Shown: positions 8,715-16,354 of the stretch, piece by piece
Position numbering within the stretch: position 1 is the stretch's first letter
How the letters are laid out: every line of letters starts with the position of its first letter
Source of the DNA: a virus
Length of the DNA stretch: 33,851 nt
Reading direction: 5' to 3' (one strand)
IMG/VR virus record: IMGVR_UViG_3300025276_000015
Program-made: the position numbers and the translations under genes
Notes under the pieces: model-generated
What the model saw: the letters and a program-made list of their open reading frames with translations, nothing else
What the model was told of the DNA's origin: nothing
Databases searched by the model: none

Positions 8715-8950
8715 CCTTTTGTTCTATCTCCTCCAATACTAGGAAGCATCTTTCTGTATTGTATCGCTCCAGCAGAGCCAGAGCCATTCAGATAAAGACT
8801 ATACTGTACAGCCTCTATCACGCCTTCAGGACTTCCTGTTCCCACTATCGGGATGCTAAGCGAAGCCTCTTGCGTGAACTGCCTAAACGCCTGACTCATA
8901 GTTCCATTATCTTCCACTATAGGTTGTCCGACATTTAATTTATAACTCAT
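8699..8950 (-). CDS. Small virion protein (hypothetical)
   Basis: 83-aa ORF whose ends overlap both neighbours. The C-terminal pattern GSPEGVIEAVQYSLYLNGSGSAGAIQYRK....GW resembles the P.G...a..GslY....g.....Y.K....GW motif seen at tail-fibre tips. Confidence 0.35.
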   Translation of the reverse strand: MSYKLNVGQPIVEDNGTMSQAFRQFTQEASLSIPIVGTGSPEGVIEAVQYSLYLNGSGSAGAIQYRKMLPSIGGDRTKGWILV

Positions 8951-10368
8951 TGAATGCCTTCTATATCAGCTGTCATCTGTATAATAACAGGCTTAACAGG
9001 ATCGCTCATCGTAAACCTAAATAACTCAAACCGTGCTGATCTGCCGTTTCTGCGCCAGATGGCTCTATGGTTATACTCACCAACCTTGCCGATGCTTCGG
9101 AATCGAGTATCGCTCCAAGTTTTAGCGTTACGGCTGCGAGCCATTCCAATCTTGGGATCTGGAGCGGCAGCATTACCAACGCCGCTCTCAACAGTTAATT
9201 CTATTTCAGGAACTAAAAACGACTCCATGTTGTTCTGGAATGGCTGAGTTACTACTGAGCGCCTTATCTCTGTTCCGTATTCTGTGTAGAAGTCAGCATC
9301 AAGGCTACCGATCCTGCCGTCTATCAAATCACCTGCCCAAATCTCGTTGTAGGCTCTAACCAAGGCAGTTACACGGTAAGCACCAAGATCTCCTTCAATT
9401 ACAGACTTTCTCTCATGCCAGCGTTTGGTGATGATGTCGTAGACCAAAGCGCCACTAGGTATTGCGAAACCAACAAAGTAAGCGCCTTTCTCTGCATATC
9501 CCCACGAGAATATGCCTGATATTTGATCCTCAGTAAGATTGCTTAGCTCTTTGTCTATCGCAGTTGTGGATATCTTCGCTACGTCATTACCTTGAAGAGT
9601 CCAGATTGCTGGTGACTCATTCTGACCAGCGCCAATAAAGACAAAGGTATCTTGCAAGGATTGAATGCTAAACGGACTCGATATGCCTTTTGATAGGAAT
9701 AACCCAGTTCGCTGGAATGGGAAGTCAGCGCCGCCAATGTTTTGAAATGCTTCTATCGTCTGCGATCCACCTATAAATAGCTGGTTCTTAAATACAATAG
9801 GAGCAACAATTTCATCAGGATCTGACTCAGCAGTACCGAAGTCTAAAGCGTTATAGCTAAGGCCATTATTTAACGCGCTTACAATAAACTTCTTACTGTC
9901 AGTCGTAAGACAAAAGAAGCCATCAATATAAACAACCAGTTGCGGGTTTCCGTTCGCAGTAAAGTCTGAATCTGTGATTTGGGCGAATGTATCCGCAACG
10001 TGGTTGTATATGTATCCGTTTCCATTAGGAACTAAGATAAGAAGTTGTGTGCCGTTGTCAGCCATTGAGACTCTTGATGTCCCAGCTATATTGCCAATAA
10101 ACGTAAGAGTGTAGTCAGCAGCCATACTGTACAGCTTTTCGGCTATAACAAAGTAAGGCACACCATTCATCTCGTGTGCGCCTCTGTTGCCAGTTAAGCT
10201 GTTGGCGTTTGCGACCTCTTCGAGTCCAGCAGTGCCGTACAAAGTTTCCTGATTGAGCGCAGGCGCTTGAGCTATATTTGGGTAGAAGTTGACGCATTCT
10301 TGCGCCGAGATAGGCAAGCTATCGCTTTCATAGAACCCATTAGCTATAGGCAGGACAACCTTTGGCAT
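8947..10368 (-). CDS. Tail hub protein, P22 gp10-like (Phage_stabilise family)
   Basis: Start refined to MPKVVLPIANGFYESDS... because the ATG at 10368 overlaps the upstream stop (TAATG). The gene is about 473 aa, close to P22 gp10 (472 aa). EKLYS...IGNIAGTSRVSMADNGTQLLILVPNGNGYIY parallels my recollection of gp10 (GKLYKG..VGDVAGSGRVSMAHGRT). The C-terminal IWRRNGR..F.F matches LWKRVGRIRR..F.L. Confidence 0.65.
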   Translation of the reverse strand: MPKVVLPIANGFYESDSLPISAQECVNFYPNIAQAPALNQETLYGTAGLEEVANANSLTGNRGAHEMNGVPYFVIAEKLYSMAADYTLTFIGNIAGTSRVSMADNGTQLLILVPNGNGYIYNHVADTFAQITDSDFTANGNPQLVVYIDGFFCLTTDSKKFIVSALNNGLSYNALDFGTAESDPDEIVAPIVFKNQLFIGGSQTIEAFQNIGGADFPFQRTGLFLSKGISSPFSIQSLQDTFVFIGAGQNESPAIWTLQGNDVAKISTTAIDKELSNLTEDQISGIFSWGYAEKGAYFVGFAIPSGALVYDIITKRWHERKSVIEGDLGAYRVTALVRAYNEIWAGDLIDGRIGSLDADFYTEYGTEIRRSVVTQPFQNNMESFLVPEIELTVESGVGNAAAPDPKIGMARSRNAKTWSDTRFRSIGKVGEYNHRAIWRRNGRSARFELFRFTMSDPVKPVIIQMTADIEGIQ

Positions 10369-11213
10369 TAAGCAACTCCAAACAAGCAATCCGTCACTGT
10401 TATGTTGTTAGTTCCAGAACCGTTAGCAACAAAGATTTCTAGGTAGTCAGACGCTGTAACTGGCACGTTAAAGAACACGCCCACATTACCAGCCGAGCCA
10501 GAAGTAACCGTCCTGCTAATCTTTGCATTGGTTATCAATGATCCGTTCTTGGCAAGATGAACAGTAAGGTCTTGATTTGTTCCAACAACATCCAAGGTGA
10601 CCGAGGCGCTTACTCTAACGGTCGCTGCCGTGCCGCCTGTATAAGTCAGCTTTCCTGTGTTATCCGCAGTAAAATTAGACACAGTGCCAACAACAAACGT
10701 GCCTGCAACTTTAACCGCAACGTCTTGCGTGGCGATAGCAGTGGCAGTTGAATTGCCGTGCATACTAACCTGTGCGTTAGTCTCATCAGCAATTGATGTT
10801 ATCTGAATGCCTGAGCTGTTTACTGCCGCAATACTAATTCCACTTCCCGCAACAATACTAGCTATCGTAGGCGAGGCTGCGGTAGTGTTCAAAAGTATAG
10901 GAAGACCTTCAGCGTTAGCCGTGAAGTTGTGGCTTATCTTCGCTCCATTTGATGCAGTGACAGAAGTTACAATGCCAGAACCGTTTTCTAGGTTTCTGAT
11001 CTTATTAACCGTTCCATCGATTTCAAGTACAGGAGTTCCTGTGCCAGATCCAGTGGTAACAATACTACCTGTAACCCCAAGACCAGCCACAAAACTAGAA
11101 TAAGAGATTCGGTAGTTAGTGTTGTTGACGAAGTAATCCATGAACGAGTTAGCAAGGACAGTATCCTGCGCTACAAAGTCCGACTTCTTGCGACCATCTG
11201 CTCTTTTAACCAT
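10368..11213 (-). CDS. Beta-rich virion protein inserted between adaptor and hub genes (possible fibre/decoration protein with a jelly-roll-like C-terminus)
   Basis: 281-aa ORF with Thr/Ser/Gly/Val-rich repeats (GSGIVTSVTASNGAKISHNF / GSGISIAAVNSSGIQITS). The C-terminal pattern ..LTVHLAKNGSLITNAKISRTV....VGVFFNVPVTASDYLEIFVANGSG resembles C1q/TNF-like knobs. This is pattern impression only. Confidence 0.3.
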   Translation of the reverse strand: MVKRADGRKKSDFVAQDTVLANSFMDYFVNNTNYRISYSSFVAGLGVTGSIVTTGSGTGTPVLEIDGTVNKIRNLENGSGIVTSVTASNGAKISHNFTANAEGLPILLNTTAASPTIASIVAGSGISIAAVNSSGIQITSIADETNAQVSMHGNSTATAIATQDVAVKVAGTFVVGTVSNFTADNTGKLTYTGGTAATVRVSASVTLDVVGTNQDLTVHLAKNGSLITNAKISRTVTSGSAGNVGVFFNVPVTASDYLEIFVANGSGTNNITVTDCLFGVA

Positions 11214-11688
11214 TAGTGTTTACCTCTAAGGCTATAGCGCCAGTGGTCTCTGCAAGGATTGACGATTCTTGATCTGGATAAAAATTACTACTAATGCCGA
11301 AGTTATTATCTTCATTGCCAGAGCCAATAGGCAGTGTGCAAGGAAATCTAGTCTTGCCCATGCTTTGACCGACCAGCCGCATAGTGTTGAAACCATCACG
11401 AGCGGCCTTTGCTAAACCTGCCGAAACGATTCCGTTGTAATCTGGTGCGACCTCAATAGCCATGTTAGCTATCAAGCCTCGCAGTGCGCCTGTAGGGATG
11501 GTGACCTCATCACCTAGATCAGATACTGTTGTATAGCCTAGCTGAATGCCTGAAGCATCTAGCTCTGCCATGTAATTATTCATTGAAAATATAAAATCTT
11601 GGTACTCGTCAGGCTGTAGTGGAGCTTCACTAGCCTGTACCAATATCCGTTGAAGTGAGGACGTTGCGACCTGAGCGACAGTAGCCAT
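11206..11688 (-). CDS. Head-to-tail adaptor, P22 gp4-like
   Basis: 160 aa (P22 gp4 is 166 aa). The C-terminal half, IEVAPDYNGIVSAGLAKAARDGFNTMRL.......RFPCTLPIGSGNEDNNFGISSNFYPDQ, parallels gp4 (..[21 protein letters not shown].......[27 protein letters not shown]). It lies after the coat gene and before the gp10-like gene. Confidence 0.7.
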   Translation of the reverse strand: MATVAQVATSSLQRILVQASEAPLQPDEYQDFIFSMNNYMAELDASGIQLGYTTVSDLGDEVTIPTGALRGLIANMAIEVAPDYNGIVSAGLAKAARDGFNTMRLVGQSMGKTRFPCTLPIGSGNEDNNFGISSNFYPDQESSILAETTGAIALEVNTNG

Positions 11689-11858
11689 TATTCGTATGTA
11701 CTCTTTGAAGGTTTTTTGGGCAGCTCTTTTTTATGAAATACCCGAACACTGTTTTTAGTGTGAGTTAATCCAGTGTGAACTGTGCCGTCAGCCATTGTAT
11801 GAGTTTTCCCATTATACGGCCTTCCAGACAATTTAAAATGCTTTGCGTTTTTAGCCAT
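11688..11858 (-). CDS. Small basic protein a (56 aa), C-terminus ..KSTYE
   Basis: Hand translation: MAKNAKHFKLSGRPYNGKTHTMADGTVHTGLTHTKNSVRVFHKKELPKKPSKSTYE*. The stop overlaps the adaptor ATG (TAATG). The ORF is below the 60-aa track cutoff. Confidence 0.55.
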   Translation of the reverse strand: MAKNAKHFKLSGRPYNGKTHTMADGTVHTGLTHTKNSVRVFHKKELPKKPSKSTYE

Positions 11859-11866
11859 AAAAACTT

Positions 11867-11992
11867 CTACTCGTATGTAGCTCCGCTCTTAACCGTTTTT
11901 GCAGGCTTCTTTTTAATTTTCTTCTTTGCCTTATTAGCAGACATCATGCCTGCTTTGGTATATGGGAACTTTTGACCGTTTACGTTTGGCAT
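11867..11992 (-). CDS. Small basic protein b (41 aa), C-terminus ..SGATYE
   Basis: Hand translation: MPNVNGQKFPYTKAGMMSANKAKKKIKKKPAKTVKSGATYE*. GAGGTGAT lies 3 nt upstream of the ATG. Confidence 0.55.
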   Translation of the reverse strand: MPNVNGQKFPYTKAGMMSANKAKKKIKKKPAKTVKSGATYE

Positions 11993-12000
11993 AAATCACC

Positions 12001-12171
12001 TCACTCAAATGTGGCTTTTTTGGCAGTCTTCGCTGAGTTCTTAAAGGCTTTTGCTGTTGGAGCGCCTTTAGATCCTACCTTACGCATCCTTTCTGGAGTT
12101 TTTCCAGCAGCTTTCTGAGCTTTGATACGTTTTTTCTTTTTGTGGATATTTGCGTAGAGACCGTTATTCAT
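12001..12171 (-). CDS. Small basic protein c (56 aa), C-terminus ..KKATFE
   Basis: Hand translation: MNNGLYANIHKKKKRIKAQKAAGKTPERMRKVGSKGAPTAKAFKNSAKTAKKATFE*. The ATG overlaps the end of ORF d (ATGAATAA). Confidence 0.55.
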   Translation of the reverse strand: MNNGLYANIHKKKKRIKAQKAAGKTPERMRKVGSKGAPTAKAFKNSAKTAKKATFE

Positions 12172-12424
12172 AAGTAGCACTCTTTGCGCCTTTACACTTC
12201 CAGCGCTTACGGCTCAAGTTGTTAGGCGTGTTGGGATCGTTCTGTTGTCTCTTAGATAACTGTTTCTTTATACCTAAAGACCTCGCGCAATACGCATCAC
12301 CTTTGCTAGTGCCTGCGCGTACACGAGAACCACCGTCACTGGCCTTCCCAGCCTGCCCATAGGAGACCTTCTTGCCAGTGGCAGTGACTTTTACTTTCGC
12401 TTTACCTTTTCTCGGAGTAGCCAT
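12164..12424 (-). CDS. Small basic protein d (86 aa), C-terminus ..KSATYE
   Basis: Track ORF, Lys/Arg/Gly-rich, containing GDAYCARS...DPNTPNNLSRKRWKC. It follows the coat-gene terminator directly and has no obvious SD. Confidence 0.5.
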   Translation of the reverse strand: MATPRKGKAKVKVTATGKKVSYGQAGKASDGGSRVRAGTSKGDAYCARSLGIKKQLSKRQQNDPNTPNNLSRKRWKCKGAKSATYE

Positions 12425-12427
12425 AAT

Positions 12428-12451
12428 AAAAAACTAGGAGCCGAAGCTCCC
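12428..12451 (-). terminator. Intrinsic terminator/attenuator just downstream of the major capsid gene
   Basis: Minus strand reads GGGAGC-UUCG-GCUCCU (6-bp stem with one G-U pair and a UUCG tetraloop), followed by AG-UUUUUU-AUU and then the ATG of ORF d. Confidence 0.6.
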
Positions 12452-12465
12452 AGAATACTACAAGG

Positions 12466-13728
12466 TTACTTACCGTAGCCTTGACCCGCAAACAGCGGAT
12501 TAAAGCAGGCATAAGCTGGCAGAAGGTCAAAACGAATCTTCTGCGTATTGGCATCACCGTCTGCGTACTTAGATACACGGATGCTCATACCATCGCTAGT
12601 AGTTGCAATAGTGTCCGTAGAGTACAGCTTAGGCAGCTTAACAGTTCCAAGACCAAACGCTTGCTTGGTAAAGAACATATTAGGCTGGAAGACAGTAGAT
12701 GCTGCACCAAGGATAGTCACAACAGCGCCAGTAGCAGGAGCTGCGTCAACGTTGTTGTACTGACCAGCGGCCTCAAAGATAGCAGCACCTGAAACAACGA
12801 CAGTTGCAGCGTTGCCAGCGATAGTGACATCCGCTATTACAGTGCCTGTCCACGGAACAGTAGCGCCTGCGGCATCAAGGATAAGCTCACGAGTAGCTAC
12901 GTTAAGACGATTAACGCCTGCAATAGTTACCTGATCGCCAGCTTTAATAGTACCAGTACCCAGATTAGCAAGAACCAAAGTCTGCTGCATAGTGTCCTTC
13001 GCCGCAACGTAAGTAGCGTTAGGCGCACCATTCAGCGTACCAGCACGGTCAGTAGTAGTACCTGAAGTGTAGCTGCTGAGAGCATTAGAAGTCAGCGCTA
13101 TCATGCCGCCAAAGTTCTGGCTGATCTGTGCTTTCTCCCAAGCTGTACGAACAAGGCCGTCAGACGCATTCAAACCGTTCTGAGCTGAAGACAGCGCAGT
13201 AGTTGTGAATGGGTTCATCAGGTAGTATTTCTCGTCTGACATTGGAACGCCGACAGAATCCATCGTGGCTCCAGCACCAGCTACATCTGACCAAGCATCA
13301 ACAACAGTTCCACGATCACCATAGGTCAACGCTGCGTTTTTACGCATGAAAGCGCCAAGGTCTAACTCAAGGTCAGTTACGATGCGGCGAGCCATAGGCT
13401 CAAGGATTTGATCAAGTTGGTCTAGCTCAAGAGCCTCTTCCACGTTGCCCCACTCAGTGGCGGCTGTGAAGTAGTTTTGAACAGTACCAGTTGCTTTACC
13501 AGCAATGATGTCTGACTTACCAGAACCGCTGATGTCACCACCAGAAGTACGGATTGTGTTGTAGTCATGAGGACGCTTGAAGTCGACATTAGAGCCGCTT
13601 GAAGGATTGAACTTTCCTGCCAGCAACTGAGTGTTGACAGTCTTTGTTACTACACGAGAAGCCTCAAAGGCATCTAGGAATACACGAGCGACTTTCCGTG
13701 TGACGTTACTATTGAGATTATTAGCCAT
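12466..13728 (-). CDS. Major capsid protein (HK97 fold; P22-coat-like by size and position)
   Basis: 420-aa ORF directly after the scaffold gene. AAGGTGAT SD lies 7 nt upstream. A terminator follows. Composition is typical of coat proteins. Confidence 0.75.
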   Translation of the reverse strand: MANNLNSNVTRKVARVFLDAFEASRVVTKTVNTQLLAGKFNPSSGSNVDFKRPHDYNTIRTSGGDISGSGKSDIIAGKATGTVQNYFTAATEWGNVEEALELDQLDQILEPMARRIVTDLELDLGAFMRKNAALTYGDRGTVVDAWSDVAGAGATMDSVGVPMSDEKYYLMNPFTTTALSSAQNGLNASDGLVRTAWEKAQISQNFGGMIALTSNALSSYTSGTTTDRAGTLNGAPNATYVAAKDTMQQTLVLANLGTGTIKAGDQVTIAGVNRLNVATRELILDAAGATVPWTGTVIADVTIAGNAATVVVSGAAIFEAAGQYNNVDAAPATGAVVTILGAASTVFQPNMFFTKQAFGLGTVKLPKLYSTDTIATTSDGMSIRVSKYADGDANTQKIRFDLLPAYACFNPLFAGQGYGK

Positions 13729-13744
13729 GATTGGATCACCTTAT

Positions 13745-14548
13745 TCATTCAAAAGTTGCTCCTTTAGGGCCACCAGCCTTGGGACTTACCCCAGCGCCTC
13801 TTGGCGTGTCTAGTGGATCAGGAGCGGCATTAACATTAGGTTTAAGTTTTCTAGCCTTTGGCATAATGGTCTGATCTAAATACAGCAACGCTTGATTTGC
13901 AGGCATATTCGCCAGCTTATCTAACTCTAAGAGATTCTGACCTAAGTACAGAGTTCCAAGACTTCCATCATCTAAATCAATCAAATGACTAGACAGCATT
14001 GGGTTTATCCCAAACTGACCTATCTTGTTTGCTGCGCTTTGCAGATCTTCAGTCTTTACACCGAGCTTCTTAGAGCGTTCTGCGTAGGTTGCGATCTTCG
14101 CATTCTGCTCACTAATTGCCGTTGCTTGCTGCTGACGCTGTAATTCTAGCTGCTGACCTTGCATGGCCTGCTGCCTAGCCTCAAACTCTGCTCGCTTAGC
14201 AATCGCCTGATCGCGCTGTCTGAGCTGCTCCTGTATCTCTCTATCAGAAAGACTATAGAAATCAGGCACATTCGGCACTTCTGGCGGCTGTTCTTTGGGA
14301 ATCCTAGCTTCTAGCTCTTCTAGGCGCTTGCGGTAATCCTCGGCCTGACGCTCTGCTTCTCGCGCCTTCCAAGTCTTCTCGCTTATAGCCTTATCAAAAA
14401 CCTTCTGCTGTTCTTCACTAAAAACAGGTCTAGTGGATTGCTCTTGGTCTTCACCAGTATCCGTTGATGAGGCGGAATCAGTTTCCTGATCTACAGTTTC
14501 TACGTCTTCAAGCTCATAAGCCTCATCGACCATATCTTCTGGTTGCAT
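13745..14548 (-). CDS. Scaffolding protein
   Basis: 267 aa. Acidic N-terminus, long Q/E/R/A-rich coiled-coil region, basic C-terminus ..GVSPKAGGPKGATFE. Lies between the portal region and the coat gene, as in P22 gp8. Confidence 0.65.
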   Translation of the reverse strand: MQPEDMVDEAYELEDVETVDQETDSASSTDTGEDQEQSTRPVFSEEQQKVFDKAISEKTWKAREAERQAEDYRKRLEELEARIPKEQPPEVPNVPDFYSLSDREIQEQLRQRDQAIAKRAEFEARQQAMQGQQLELQRQQQATAISEQNAKIATYAERSKKLGVKTEDLQSAANKIGQFGINPMLSSHLIDLDDGSLGTLYLGQNLLELDKLANMPANQALLYLDQTIMPKARKLKPNVNAAPDPLDTPRGAGVSPKAGGPKGATFE

Positions 14549-14626
14549 CTTATACCTACTGTAATGCCGTCAAATAAACGGTGACGTTCCGTGCCTCCAT
14601 GAAAGCGTGGAGTGCGCTAGTGGTCA

Positions 14627-14653
14627 AATATACCACAATTTGGTTAAAAGCAA
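14627..14653 (-). promoter_or_regulatory. Candidate sigma70-type extended -10 promoter upstream of scaffold and coat genes
   Basis: Minus strand reads TTGCTT-15 nt-TATATT, with TGG immediately 5' of the -10 (TGnTATATT). It sits in the only sizeable intergenic gap (111 bp) of the late region. The spacer is short, so the call is weak. Confidence 0.25.
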
Positions 14654-14659
14654 CATAAT

Positions 14660-16354
14660 TTACTTGAGATTTGGATTATTCCACAAATCATCAGTATTTA
14701 CGTCTGCTCCTTCAGCATCTCGATATAAAGGAAAGTCTCTGCTTGAGCGAGTATCGTCTCTAAATCTTTGAGTAGTTCTAGCTAGATATTCATCATTCAT
14801 AAGCATATATAACTGATTCGGGTTGTATTCCTCACTCAATCTTCTATATTTATCTTCTATTTCTTTGCTAATCCGAGCGGCATCATTAGTTCTGTTCAGC
14901 TCGTCTACGTTTTTTGCTGTAGCCGCAGCTATTTCCTCATCACTTGCATTAACTAAGTCACGGAATTGTGCCGAGGAACTCTTGTTTTTAATATATTGTT
15001 CTACAGCATAATCTCTAGCATTGCTTGCCCATTCAGAGCTTTCTCTTTGAAACATTTTAATATCACCATCAAAATCTTCTAGCTCTGGTTTAGGAAGTCT
15101 TGCTTCAATGCCTCTTGAGTTAAGCTGAAAAAATTCACTTGCGTCTATTTCGTCAGCGCTTGCAGTATTAGCAAACCTTTCAAAATCTCTCATCTCATTG
15201 ATTCTGTTTATATTATCTAAATTGCTTTTTGCGTAAAGATTGAAAGTAGCGTCTTCACGGTAAGGTATTTGCTCCGTAATTCTTGCCGTATCCAAACTCG
15301 TCCTTGCTCCTTCTGGACTTCCTCCTCTTGACCTTCCTTCTCTGTTTGAAATTGCGTGTTGAACTTCGTGTATTAAACTTGAGTCAGCTCCAAGCATATT
15401 TTCCATATCTGGGTTATATTTAGCGTATGAAGCAGCGTCTTCAGGAAGCATAGCTGGCGCTCCCATATTCAGCATAATTTTATCATTTGCTCTATCGTAT
15501 GATGCTCTCCCAGCATATTGACTTTCTGAGTTTTTCAAAGCTACATTCATATTTCTTAAATCTGGGTAAGCTGCGTAAACATTTGGATCATCATATATAT
15601 CTTCGAGCTTTACCATTTTAGGCTCAGCTCTAGCTTGTAAATTGAAATACAGCTCTTCTGGCTCTACCTCTCCAACAAAACTTTTTGCAGCGTCATAGTC
15701 GAAACGACTTTCATTAGTTGGTAACCAGTACATATACTCGCCATCAAGGTTCTTTTGGAATCCTGTGGCCTGCTTAATCTCTTCAGGAGAAGCACCTTGT
15801 CTTTCCATTTGATTCGCTTTGAACAGCGCTTCTTGGTCAGCAGTCCTTGAAGACGGCCCAGCAAATATGTCAGCTCTAGGAGAATTAGGAGCAGCCATGC
15901 CGCCTACCAAGCCGCCGACTATCTCGCCTCCTGTGCCGCCATACTCACGGCCTATCTGAGCGCCAGCCTCGCCGCCGAAGTAGGCGCTAAGCTCAGATAA
16001 AGTTCTACCAAAGAAGTTATTAAGAGCAGACACGCTTTTTCCAGCAACTGTTGCTGTGCCAGCGACAACGGCGGGAGCTACAGCTCCAGCTACATAGCCT
16101 ATTGAATTCGGATCGGACTCTACGTTAAGCGCAGACTTGGCTCGCTGACCTAGCATCACAGGACGGTCGTTACGGCCTGTAATCATGTTGGAGATGCCAG
16201 CTACTCCTTGAGCGCCAAGGTCAGCAAGTCCTAGCGTTCCGTCAACAACTGCTGAGTTAAACTGAGCAATATTGTTAAGCGCAGACGTAGCTTGCCTTCT
16301 GCGATTTAACCTAAATTGTTGCTCCTCTCTTGCTATTTCTGAATCAGATGCCAT
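14660..16354 (-). CDS. HExxH zincin-like metallopeptidase-domain protein with an N-terminal Gly-zipper region (putative portal-associated/packaged minor head protein)
   Basis: 564 aa. HEVQH is at 15356..15370, in the context SSLIHEVQHAISNREGRSRGG. Hydrophobic Gly/Ala segments include IGYVAGAVAPAVVAGTATVAG and GGEIVGGLVGGMAAP. The start overlaps the portal stop by 11 nt. Confidence 0.5.
   Translation of the reverse strand: MASDSEIAREEQQFRLNRRRQATSALNNIAQFNSAVVDGTLGLADLGAQGVAGISNMITGRNDRPVMLGQRAKSALNVESDPNSIGYVAGAVAPAVVAGTATVAGKSVSALNNFFGRTLSELSAYFGGEAGAQIGREYGGTGGEIVGGLVGGMAAPNSPRADIFAGPSSRTADQEALFKANQMERQGASPEEIKQATGFQKNLDGEYMYWLPTNESRFDYDAAKSFVGEVEPEELYFNLQARAEPKMVKLEDIYDDPNVYAAYPDLRNMNVALKNSESQYAGRASYDRANDKIMLNMGAPAMLPEDAASYAKYNPDMENMLGADSSLIHEVQHAISNREGRSRGGSPEGARTSLDTARITEQIPYREDATFNLYAKSNLDNINRINEMRDFERFANTASADEIDASEFFQLNSRGIEARLPKPELEDFDGDIKMFQRESSEWASNARDYAVEQYIKNKSSSAQFRDLVNASDEEIAAATAKNVDELNRTNDAARISKEIEDKYRRLSEEYNPNQLYMLMNDEYLARTTQRFRDDTRSSRDFPLYRDAEGADVNTDDLWNNPNLK

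Noticed and set aside
11775-11975. Plus-strand 66-aa hydrophobic ORF in the coat-adaptor gap
   Set aside because: It is antisense to small ORFs a and b. Those two have stop-start coupling, an SD and the shared C-terminal motif. The plus-strand direction opposes the whole late operon.
14660-16354. Calling the HExxH protein a canonical prohead maturation protease
   Set aside because: Known prohead proteases are serine (S49/S78/S80-type) or herpesvirus-like enzymes, not zincins. P22-like capsids mature without proteolysis. This is kept only as an alternative hypothesis.
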